Source of the DNA: Isurus oxyrinchus
Taxonomy: Eukaryota
NCBI GenBank assembly: GCA_026770705.1
Contig: JANJGN010000022.1
Span: 13,454,001-13,518,000, forward strand
Direction of reading: 5' to 3'
DNA: 64,000 bases
Position numbers and translations under genes: made by a program. Under the pieces are notes generated by a model. The model saw only the letters and a program-made list of their open reading frames with translations. It made no database searches and was not told where the DNA came from. The number at the start of each line of letters is the position of its first letter. Within the stretch, counting starts at the first letter, position 1. Below, in pieces: positions 36,799-47,208 of the stretch.

Positions 36799-36991
36799 CT
36801 GTTCATGAAGGCATTTTAGATCCTTCAGTCTTAAGTCCCAGAAATCAATCTCTTCTCTAGGCAAAGGGTTTAAGCCATCCAGCAAAGCTTGTGCTGAATC
36901 CTTGTTTAATACATCTTTAACTTGATGTGTCCAATCAATGACTACAGATTCAATAGCATGTAAAGTGGCACCATCTACTTGAATGGTTGAG
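36799..36991 (-). CDS. DNAH17: Axonemal dynein heavy chain (DNAH17-like), first exon in window, 193 nt, phase 2 to 0
   Basis: ttccAG acceptor and CAG|GTACTC donor. Translates STIQVDGATLHAIESVVIDWTHQVKDVLNKDSAQALLDGLNPLPREEIDFWDLRLKDLKCLHEQ, matching the DHC_N1 tail region (human DNAH17 recalled as LHAIETTIIDWSHQIRDVLSKDSAQALLDGLHPLP). Confidence 0.9.
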
Positions 36992-37219
36992 CTGGAATTT
37001 TAAAAAAAAGACATTAGATTGCATATGGTTTATCATTGTCACTGTGCAGCAATTTCAATACAGAGCATGGTACAACGATTAGTTGATAACCTTAGTTCCT
37101 GTAACCAAAAGGTGTTCATTTCCCCGGAGCTTGTTGCCGGGCTTGAAGGAGGGGGACCGGGAAAATAATAGGGAGTTGCAAAGAGACGGCTCCCCAATGC
37201 ATTCCCACAGCAGTAACTG

Positions 37220-37676
37220 TGTTGGTCTTCCAGCGCAAAGAGTTGTCCCCGACCAAGTGTTGCAGACTGGCACATTCCAAGGTCCAGGACTATGTGCTGA
37301 GGGACACACTAAAGCTTGGAGCAGTCGCCGCAAATGCACAATGGGGACAGGTCGCTGTCTAAAACCTTTCTGCCACAGTGCACCGAGGGGCTGGGAACTG
37401 TTGAGAGCCCCTCGGGCTGTACAGCTCAAAATGAATGTATGCAGTGAATACTAATTGTATTGTAATTGAATTGAAGCAACTCAGAGTGCAACATGATGTA
37501 TGCTGATAACTCCAATACCATTGTCTGCATTGACCATATTGAAATGATTGTAATATTCATTGATTGTATTGATGATCCATGTGTAAAAATTGAATCTGAC
37601 TGTACTTTTGTGATGGTGATTTTGAAATGTTCTTCCAGATATTTTATGAATAAAGTATATTTTTCAAAACAACAAA
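37220..37676 (+). mobile_element. 5'-truncated Tx1/L1-clade LINE 3' end with a perfect 19-bp TSD
   Basis: TSD ATTCCCACAGCAGTAACTG at 37201-37219 and 37677-37695. ORF2 C-terminus LVFQRKELSPTKCCRLAHSKVQDYVLRDTLKLGAVAANAQWG. 3'UTR ends gaataaagtatattttt plus a short A-rich tail. Confidence 0.8.
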
Positions 37677-37983
37677 ATTCCCACAGCAGTAACTGACCGT
37701 ACTTAAACAGCCCATGCTTGCAAAACTCAGAACATGCTTGCAAAACTCAGAACAAAGTGCAGTAGTGGGCAGGACAAAAGATTTTTTAACCCACTGGTCG
37801 TATTGGCAGCTTTTCACACTGTATTGTCCCATTCCTGGCACATCCCACCTCATTAATTTTGCATTCATGGGGAACACACCAGTTCTCTGGCAGGCAGGCT
37901 TCGATTAGCCCGCCACACTGTTACCTCAGCACTTCCTCACTTCAGGCGCCATATTCAAAGTGCACCAGAGCGCATGCCTACTT

Positions 37984-39731
37984 CATGTCCTCAGGCCAGG
38001 ACTGCTCCAGGCAACTGATGACCTCTAAAGCAGACAGCAGCACCCCCAATTTAATGACACCCCTCTGGGGTGCCTGTTGGGCACAGTGGAAGGCTGTCGC
38101 CATGTCCTCTACTCCCACTTTGGCCACAGGAGGTCCATTGGAGTCACCAATCCAGCCTGGCAGGCGGTGGCAGCAGCGGCCAACGCCAGCAGAGAATTGG
38201 TCAGCTATCCAGTGCAGGAAGGGGATGAATGCTCTCATCCAAGTCAACCACCTCATCATTCTCAATTCTAACACTCACAAGCCAATCACACATCCACAGG
38301 GATCGCACACCTCAAGGGACATCATCACTAACTCTCACACACACCCTCACCATCTCCATCAGGCTCAGATCCTCTCGACCTCGCATCCTCATCCCGACCA
38401 TGGCACCGCTCACCATATAAACATTCCATGCAGTGCTCACATTCTCTACATCTGATTTCACGCAGGAGAAGCTGGCTCACAACAATAGGGAGAGGTTCCA
38501 GATTGGGGGTGGAGTGGTCCACATTAGGCCCTTCACTCACTTTGAGAAGCGTGTCATCACACTGACTGGTGAGGACATGGACCGTGCCTGCGGCAACAGT
38601 GACACTGGTGGCGAACACCCACATGAGGATCCTGCACCCATCATCCCTCTCTCAGCGCAACTATGAGTGCTCCCTCTCCTGCTTTTGATTCTGCCGCCAT
38701 GCACTAATTACCTCTACTTTGGTTCACAGGAAGCTCTGCCAAGCGATCAACACCCTCAGCCAGCTAGTCCTTCAGCTCCATCCAGGTCCTCATCTCCAGC
38801 CAAGAGGACACCTCCTCCATTGAAGAGCTGGAAATAAGCAGCCTGGAAGACCCATCACAGCACTTACTCACACCCTCCACCAGCGCTGAGAGACATACCT
38901 TGGTAAAACGATCTTGATCGAGAGCAGGCTCGGGTTCTTAATCTGGTGGTCACCACACAGACATGTGCCTGCAGCAGGAGGACACAGATTCAGCCGAGAA
39001 CCCCGGTGCTTGGAGGGCTGCTGGGGAACAGGCATCTGAAAGGTCCAAGTCAGATGATGAACCTCTGGATTTGGTCTTCAAACTTCCTGGAGAGTCAGCA
39101 GAACGCCGAGGAACATCACACAAAGCTTTTGGAAGACCTCAACAGAGTGGCACGCGAGTCAGAGGAATGCATACGCCTGCTCTCTGATGAAGTGGTGTCC
39201 ACATGTGCATGTATAGAGCTCTCCAATGGGAAGGATGGTAGATGCCATGGAGACTCTAGTCCAGCAGAACATGGAAATGCGCACAGATTTGCACTCCATC
39301 GCGGTAGCCATGGGTGAGTTCCTGCACTGGCAATGTGAAGGGGAAATGGAGAATCTCGATGTTCCTCTCGGTGGTCCTTCCCCTCAAGGAGTCAGGCCAG
39401 AGCCCTTGGATACCTGAAGGGAGGAGGGGCAACAGCTGGACCCTCCTGGATCATCCACTCATGAATCCCAGAAGCTGTCCTCTCTCTCCTAATTCACTTT
39501 GCTTGTGACCCCTTCAAGCTCGTCCTCTGTCACCACAGAGAGAGCTGGCCCACAGGAGGACAGCCAAAGCAAGCCAGGGCCCTCAAGGCCTTGGGTCTCC
39601 AGAAGAAGACTCACACCAAAGTCATCAGAGGCAACAAGGCCAACCATTGCACAGGTTGTCTCCACCTCTGCTGCGGAAGTCAAGGGAGCATATAGAAGAA
39701 GAGGTAGGTCTAGAAAAGTTAAGAATTTCTG
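37984..39731 (+). pseudogene. Harbinger Myb/SANT DNA-binding gene (NAIF1/MSANTD-like), intron-containing, frameshifted
   Basis: APQFNDTPLGCLLGTVEGCRHVLY..AWQAVAAAANA..SAIQCRKGMNALI. Second exon after gcag: EKLAHNNRERFQIGGG..FEKRV. Low-complexity third exon ends RRRGRSRKVKNF*. Confidence 0.75.
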
Positions 39732-41936
39732 ATCACAAGTGGTTGCACGGGTGAACACATTTTGTTACTTAATAACCTGAAAATATATTCACTTTCGCTG
39801 AATAATGTGTAATGGTGTCTTTCAGCTTCATTTACAGGCTTCGCGAGTCCTTCCCCCGCATCCCCCCCACTAGCAGTTCAGCTACACGCAGCCGGGCCAT
39901 GAGTGATTTTGGAGGGAGAAGTGACCAAGTAATACTGTTTCCCTCGGCTTGGCAGGAGAGGTCCTGTGAAATGTATCTGTATATGCTCCCATGGGCCCCT
40001 TGGTCGAGGCTGATAGTGCTGCGCATGTCAGGTACTGCTGGCAATATTTGGCAATGTTTCTTCCCATTCCCTGCCACAACTAGCACCTGCCCATCCTTCC
40101 TTATATAGCTTCTCTCCCATGGCGGGTGATTCTGTGGTATATTTTCATGAGGTTCTGTTGTATAAAGCAGGGCACTACTACCTTTCCTCCCTTTCGCCAA
40201 ATTCCATCTGTGACTTTGTCTGTCTGCTGTTTTTCCCACTGACTTCTCTCTTCTCCCTCAACGTCTCTGTGTAAATCAGCCATATTCACCCCCTCAAGTC
40301 CAAATGCTACTGGGGCCACCGGGTACTCCGGACTGGTTGCCACAGCCTCCTTAGCTGCTGCATCCTCCCATTAGTTGCCCAATTCAATAAGGTCCACCAC
40401 CTTCTGGTGAGCCTTGACCTTTATTAGTGGTAGCTTCGCAGCCTCCACTAGTTCCTATCTATCGCTTCATGTTGTGTGCATCCTCCTCATGATGTAACGA
40501 CTCCAAGCAACCACATAATCATGCACTACCCCAAAAACACAAGTACTATCGGTATAAATATTAATATTAGCTCTTTTCCCATCCACCATATACAAGGCTC
40601 TTTTAATGCTATCAACTCCGCTACTTGGACTGAAAGGTCTCCTGTTAGTCTACCCCTATCCAAGATCCGTCCTTCTCCATCGACAACAGCCCATCCAGTA
40701 CAGGAGATCCCATCCACGTATCTGCAGGACCCAAGTATGAACATGTCTACATGTTCAATTCATTTTCCCTCAGAGTCCCCAGGCTTTCTTCATCTATCTC
40801 CCGCAGACAATTATGTTCTAGTTCAATCACATGTTCCTCCCTTCTAACAATAAGCCCTCTGCTGGATTGACCCTAGAGTCGCAAATTATTACGACTGATT
40901 TGTCCTTTGGTAATAGCATGACTTCCCATGCTGCTTGCCTACTATCTGACACAGTTCTCAGCTTCCTGTGTTGATCAATTCCACTATAGTGTGTTACATG
41001 TGCAATATCAATTCCCCAGTCATTACTATGGGTTCACACGCCTTCAGTGACCATGATGCTACGCATTGGGGCATCCCACTTTGCCTTGTTGAAAAGTACC
41101 CTACTGGCCTCATCCAATCTCCGTGTTCCTGAGCCAGTACTGTGCTGTAAAATCCTCCCTCACTTCTTTTCTGGTCCACTATCTCCTGCTGCTGTCTCAC
41201 TTCGGACCTCAATTCCCTAAGCAGTCTACACAACTCTACAATGCACCTTCTTATCCTATCTTTCAATGGCTCAGTACCTTCAATTCCAGTGGCTGTTCTC
41301 CCTGGGAGCTGCTTAACTCTGCACGTGATCATGGTGTTAATCCTGTGGTCTTACTTTTTGTAGCTCACAGGCACATTAATATAGTCAGTAATACATCTAT
41401 TTAGCCTTTTCCCAGTTTTTCCTTTACCTGTATCCATCTTGTGGTAAATTGTTGTTAAGTATTATTTCTCCTTACCCTTCAATTGCCTCAACTACAGATT
41501 CCTTATACTTACATGTTTAAGTTGTTTTTATTCCCTCCGACCATGACCATCCTAAGATTCTCTTGAGGTTAGTTTCTCTATTGCCTTAATCATTTAAAAT
41601 GTTTCCTTACTCTTTAGTCCATGTTAACCATTCCATGTCAACGGGGATCTGTGTCTCTAAAACTTTGCCATCTACTCCTGTGAGGTTCCAATGTCTCAGG
41701 TGATGGTCAGATTATCAAATTCAGTTCTCTTAAAACAGTTTGTATATTGTGTCTTCTTTCCCTAACTCTATCTCCTACACTTAATCATTCCTTCATACCA
41801 TTTTACACATGCAAGCTACCATCTTATCTCGGTTCAACTTGTCTGGAGAGACTTTACAATCCAATAAAGTAGTCTCATAACTTTTTTAAAACAGAAATCA
41901 AACATTTCTATTTGATTCCAAGCATCATGTTTTGCT

Positions 41937-42311
41937 AAAAACAAACCTTGAGTGCCCTACCATCCATTCTTAATTAGCACATTCGTTTAGATAATATCAC
42001 CAACTTTAACTTTAACACCTATGTGTTCTTTTGTACCATTGTCACTGACATCTTTTGATGATCTGCTTCTATCACTGACATCTTTTGATGATCTGCTTCT
42101 ATCACTGCTTGTTTGTCTACACAACCACCTCTCTCTCTCTCTATCTCTCCGCCCCCCACACACACACACACCTTAAACCAGCTTATATTTCAACTCTTTC
42201 TTGGACTCAATCAAGTTCTGTCGAAGGGTCATGAGGACTCGAAACGTCAACTCTTTTCTTCTCCGCCGATGCTGCCAGACCTGCTGAGTTTTTCCAGGTA
42301 ATTCTGTTTTT
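41937..42311 (+). mobile_element. Short Penelope pLTR insertion, same young family as 21850-22097
   Basis: Perfect 13-bp TSD ATCATGTTTTGCT at 41924-41936 and 42312-42324. The last ~100 nt are identical to the right arm of the palindrome. Internal 30-bp tandem duplication at 42042-42101. Confidence 0.85.
42214..42252 (+). ncRNA. Minimal hammerhead ribozyme candidate, variant core CUGUCGA
   Basis: Identical to 21999-22037; GUC triplet ends at 42248. Confidence 0.6.
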
Positions 42312-43930
42312 ATCATGTTTTGCTTCCTTATCTTCTCCTCAAACAACATTTTATTTTCTCAAAGTAACCCACTAGATTGTGTCTGATCTTCTTTCATTTT
42401 AGAATTACCCCAGATTCATTAAATCTGCCAAAATTTGGATTTCTGCCAAACTCTGTCAAGGTCTTGAGCTTAACCTTATATTTTGGGAACAAACTTACAC
42501 ATACAAAAAGCTGGCAGCATTTGAATTAGTGTCAATTGTTGTCAAACCTTTTAAAATAAAAATTGCTTTTTGAGGACTTTATCAGGTATCAAATGTCAAA
42601 TTTTTAAACTTTGTAAGAACTATAATTTATACTATTCTCATGTGTATAAATTTGTATCCAGATTAAAAATCCCACATGTTTCTCAACACATATTCTTTAT
42701 CTTGGATAGCATCCCAGTTATTCAAAAGTAGCCTGTTAAATTACACTGTACTTTCCACATTTCAAGATTGTCCCAAATTCAAACAGTGCTGTGGAGATGC
42801 AGATTTCCTTTCCTATTTAATTCATCTCTTCAAAAGAAACCCCTTTTTATCGATAGGAAGCACCCAGATTGTGTGTTTATGCCTTTTGGTTTTCCTAGAA
42901 TCCTTTTACATTTCAGGTAGTTTTTTTTTTGCAAAGGCCGATTCATTTCAAACAAAGGAAAGCCCTGTTTTATCTTTACAATACATTGAAATTGCGATTT
43001 TGCCGGAAATCTCAACTCGAACCTTATACTCAGACCATTGGAATGTATGAGTATACTTTTCCTTTAATCTAATCTGAGGCTTTTGACTCTAAAGTGCTGA
43101 ACTCCACACACAATGACAACTTAGGAAAGAAAACACATTAAAGCTCACAAACAAATGCTTCCTTGCAAAGAAACACACATATGTATATAAAGGTATGTAT
43201 TTCCATTCTCATAACATTGAACTTAATGATTTAAAACTTTCATACTCTAAACAAAACTTCATGTAGCAGTCGGGGGGACGGTGGGAAATAAAGGGACGTT
43301 GGAGGCTTCACCTACAGGGACAATCAAACCAACTGAAGCTCACATTTCCTCTGCTCCTGTCTGCCACTGCTCATTAACCCCTTCTAGGGATACCCCTCTC
43401 TCCTTCTCTCTCTCCAGCATAAACAGCTCTTGTGACTTAGATCAATTCCTTTTTAAGTAATTTACCAAAAATTCAGTGGGGCACGTTTCAGGTCCCACTC
43501 ATCCTTCTGCACTGTCTTAATAATTTTCTGCTATAAGCATCGTGATGGAGCCCTCCAACCCTCAGTCAAGGTCAATGGTGCTCTCTTTCTCCTCGTTCCC
43601 TGATTGCATTTTTTTTTTTATTCATTCTCCGCACGGATGCAACCAGTGTGGTCTTCTATTACAGCCTATACGTGGATACCACCAGCATGGATTTGGCTAT
43701 CTTTCAGCCCCTGCATGGATACCACCAGTGCGGATTTGGCTACGGCCCCTGCGTGGATTTGACCTTTCGTTAGCGACCTCTCTTCTCAGCGCTTCCTGTA
43801 CTGAGTTCTCCTTTAGATTCTTTGATACTCGACCAGACCATCTTCGGGTCGGCTTACTACACTAACAATGGGTGGTAAATATACTATACTCACCCGTTTT
43901 GCAGTGCGGCTCCAATGGTCCGAGATGAGT

Positions 43931-43948
43931 ATCCTGCTGACTTTGCCA
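43931..43948 (-). other. Primer-binding site, tRNA-Ser
   Basis: TGGCAAAGTCAGCAGGAT matches the complement of the tRNA-Ser 3' end TGGCGTAGTCGGCAGGAT at 15/18. Confidence 0.75.
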
Positions 43949-43951
43949 GAT

Positions 43952-44462
43952 TGTTGTGGTGCCTTCTCAGAATTGACCACAGGAGACTCAGATACAGTTT
44001 AACAATCGTTTTATTGAAGTGAATGCAGGGAGAGTCTGCCTTAGACCAGCTAAAACAGAAGTCTACTGATTACAGGAAAACTATCTTTTTTATACACAGT
44101 TAGTTACATTGCATTATTCAAATTCCAATCTTGTCAATACATAATCACATAATAAGCAGATGTCCCCAGTCGTATCTTTTTCTTACCCAAGCTAGGCCTC
44201 TTTATCTCGTTCTAGCCTGATCCTGCTTGTCTTTAACTTATGTGTTTATCCTCATCACCCCCGCAACAACCCCCCCACCCACTTTTTGTCTCCCATCTAG
44301 TTAATCCCTTGTGATCTCCAAGGTCTTTCTGGAGAGTTCTGCTAATATCAGCCCTATGGTGTACAAGGTTCATCTGGAGAATTCTGCTGACCTTTGGTTT
44401 TACAAATAGAAGTCCCTGTTTACACAGGGCTTTTCGGAGCCTCATGCAAGCATTCTCCCACG
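43952..44462 (-). promoter_or_regulatory. 5' LTR of the ERV-like element
   Basis: Minus strand (C/T)GTGGGAGAATG...ACCACAACA; TATAAAA at 44088-44094; AATAAA at 44010-44015; lies 3 nt from the PBS. Confidence 0.7.
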
Positions 44463-45107
44463 CACATGGAGCGTTCCTCCATCACACTCATCTCAATGTC
44501 CTGGACATTTTCAATGCTGCCTGCTGGCGTTCTTTTTCAGTTGTCCATCTGAACTGACTGGCATCTCCGCCTACTCACTGATTATACTGCCATGCAACAC
44601 CTGTGCCCTATGGGGCTCCGCTCACTTTCGATTTTGATAGCCATGGCAGTCATTACATTTCTCCTCAGCTCCCCCATCCTTTCCCCTCTCCCAGTCACCC
44701 ATGTCCTTTACCCCATCACTGCTGAGCCCCCTGGCATCACCTACCAATGAGAACCTTTTCTTTCCAGGATGTCCAGGTGAATGTGCTCATTCCCTACCTT
44801 CCTGAGAATCCCACCTTCATCCACATCCCCGAACTCCTCCTTTCCACCCCCAGGGTCCATGTCTGCCTCCAAATCCCCATCAACCACCAATCGCCATTCA
44901 TTCTACCATTACCATCGCACCCTCACCCTCCCACACTTCTGACTCACTGCCCCCTCTCATACTCACCATTCCCTCCTACCACACCCACCCTCAGTTCACG
45001 CACCAGAAGGCAGTCATTGACTCCACAGACCCCTGCCTTGTATGTTCACCTGTACATCCCCCCTTACTCCCTCCTCTACCCTTACTCATTTCCCTTTCTT
45101 CTCCCCA

Positions 45108-45212
45108 GACTCCTTCCTCCCCTTGAACTCCTTCCCCCCCTGAACTCCTTCCTCCATGCCGAAGTCCTTCCCTCCTCCGAATTCCTTCCCCTCTCTGAAC
45201 TCCTTCCTTTGT
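45108..45212. repeat. Degenerate ~18-bp minisatellite (gaactccttcc...) within a C-rich tract
   Basis: About six units: gactccttcc, gaactccttcc twice, gaagtccttcc, gaattccttcc and gaactccttcc. Confidence 0.65.
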
Positions 45213-47208
45213 ACCTACCTTCCCACATGCTGCATTCTCCCCTGTTTCACCCGCCCCCTCCCTCCCAATCACACACCCCCCGACACCTTTGTTACCCCCC
45301 AACCTCACCACACCCATCCCGATACACCTTCCTCTCCAAATAAAACCTAGACCTTCCTCTCCCACCAACCCCCCTTTTCGGTAAACCATCCTCTCTCACT
45401 CACAGCTGGACCTTCCTCCCCGCCCCCTCGCTGATCATCTGTAGCAGACCATGGCGTAGACAGTGATGTTATGAAGCAGACTCAACACGTCAACGTAGAC
45501 TTCCCACCTTACAGGAGCTGCTTCGGGGGGAAGCCATGCCCATCAGATTCCACCAGCACGCAACACGTGTTCTTCCAGGGTCCTGCAGCTGCAGGATTTC
45601 AGTATTTTCTTTTCCTCAGATGTCGACAGTCTGGGCAAGGCCCTAAAGCTAAGTCCCAACTTCCGCACATCACACTTGTCCAGACGTGTTCATGGCTGGC
45701 GTGCTTTCCCACTGGCATAACAGTAAATCTGGCATGGGGCAAGGATTCTGGTTGGGCCTTACTTTGCATCCCATTAGCAGGGTCCAAAGCAGATTCATAC
45801 CAGCCTCCTGTGGGATTGGCATTCCGCCATGGCAGACACCATCAGATGATCCTCCTGTGCTTCCACACTGGTGTGAAACCGATTTTTGGCCTTCTCACCA
45901 CATTGTTGTTGTTCCACCCACCCACCATGATGCCCAACACCAATGGAGCTGGAAAATTCTGGCCACAGTGTCTAACACTAGATGTGATTCTGTGATTGAA
46001 CAGCACTTACTGAACCCGAATATGTTAAAAATTACACTTACAACCAATTTAAGATTATTAGTCGAGCTCATGACGTGGCTCACTTACCCTTGCTGGAAGC
46101 TACATGTGTTCATGTGCAAAGCCCTGTCCTCTGGAAACAGAAAGTCTATGTCCAGGCATTATGCCTTTTTCAATTAAACAAAAGCATGGGGGACAACTGT
46201 CCCCTGGTGCTTTCCCCGTGGCAACACCACAACCAGAGTTGCATTTTTTGAATTTCAATAAAAGCCTGGGGGAGAACTGTCCCCAAAGCATGTTCCATGG
46301 CAATGCCTAAACCAATTAGAGTCCACGTACCATGCTTTCTCATGAAGTATAAATTGCTGTTCCCTTTGAAATTTGGTATTCTTGCACCTGTGCCAGTAAA
46401 TGCAAGATGAAAAGTTTCAACAGCATTCTTCTTTTTTCAACAATATTCAAGTTCTGTACTACTCCTTTTTCCTCCCAAATCCATAGGATAAGTGCATGGA
46501 GTCTTGATGTGAGAGATAAAAACAACAGTTTTGAAGATTTCAGCTGGAATGCCATGTGGGCCACAGGCTTTGTCATTTTCTATTCATTTGATTGCTTGTT
46601 GCAGCTCTCCCATCAATAGTGGTTTACCCATGGATTCTACCACAAGGATAGCCCAGAGAGTGTCAACTGTCTCTGTGGATTAATGATTGAGCAATTGTTG
46701 GAAATGTTCTTTCCAGCAATGACAGGTGGCATTATAATCCTTAACAAGAAAGACAACATCCTGTGAACGAAGAGCATTCTGTCCATTTGACCTTGGTCTA
46801 TTCATGCCCCTAGTGACTTCAAAAAAATTTTGCATGTCATGATGGTCAGCATACTGTTGGATCTTTTGGGCTTTCTCTTCTCAGCAAATGTTCTTTAACT
46901 TCCAGGTTTGTCTTTGGGTGTCAGCCTTGAGCTACTGGAATGCTGCCTTCTTGATGTGCACTCTTGGGTTGTTCCGCCAAGCAATGAAAGCTCATTTTTG
47001 TTCCAGAAGGTCACATGTTTCTGCAATACTTTAGTCAACCCAGCCCTGGTGATGACAACGCTTGAAACAAATGGTCTACACACAGGAGTCCAGTACAGCT
47101 GGCTTTAATTGATCCCAATTCTGAAAACGAGCTGGACGTGTGAAGATATACCAGATTGGTTGTGAGCTGCACTTAAAATTGTTCTCTTTGGTTCAGTTGC
47201 TTTAGTGC

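Larger units (their letters stand above)
39836..44462 (-). mobile_element. Internally deleted, rearranged endogenous retrovirus-like element
   Basis: 5' LTR and tRNA-Ser PBS. RT tether VLAQEHGDWMRPVGYFS. RNase H GSCRYVDG..TGWAVV..SVQVAELIAL..NIYTDS. Integrase zinc-finger region YHRITRHGR..W..M..CxxYLTC. PPT AGTGGGGGGGA at 39861-39871 followed by a TG-starting LTR stub. Confidence 0.75.
37110..45965. mobile_element. Large Harbinger-type element interrupted by Tx1 and ERV-like insertions
   Basis: Right TIR GGAAAATTCTGGCC at ~45951-45964; left end decayed and approximate. Contains the Myb gene below and weak transposase remnants on the minus strand at ~44560-44790. Confidence 0.5.

Noticed and set aside
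37859-38455. 198-aa ORF as a domesticated Myb/SANT host gene
   Set aside because: The Myb domain is split across frames by frameshifts, and the ORF runs through the element's intron.
42042-42107. 30-bp direct repeats as a CRISPR array
   Set aside because: Only two adjacent units with no spacers, no cas genes, and a eukaryotic TE context.
44747-45343. 198-aa Pro/Leu-rich ORF
   Set aside because: A by-product of C-rich low-complexity sequence that is poor in stop codons.
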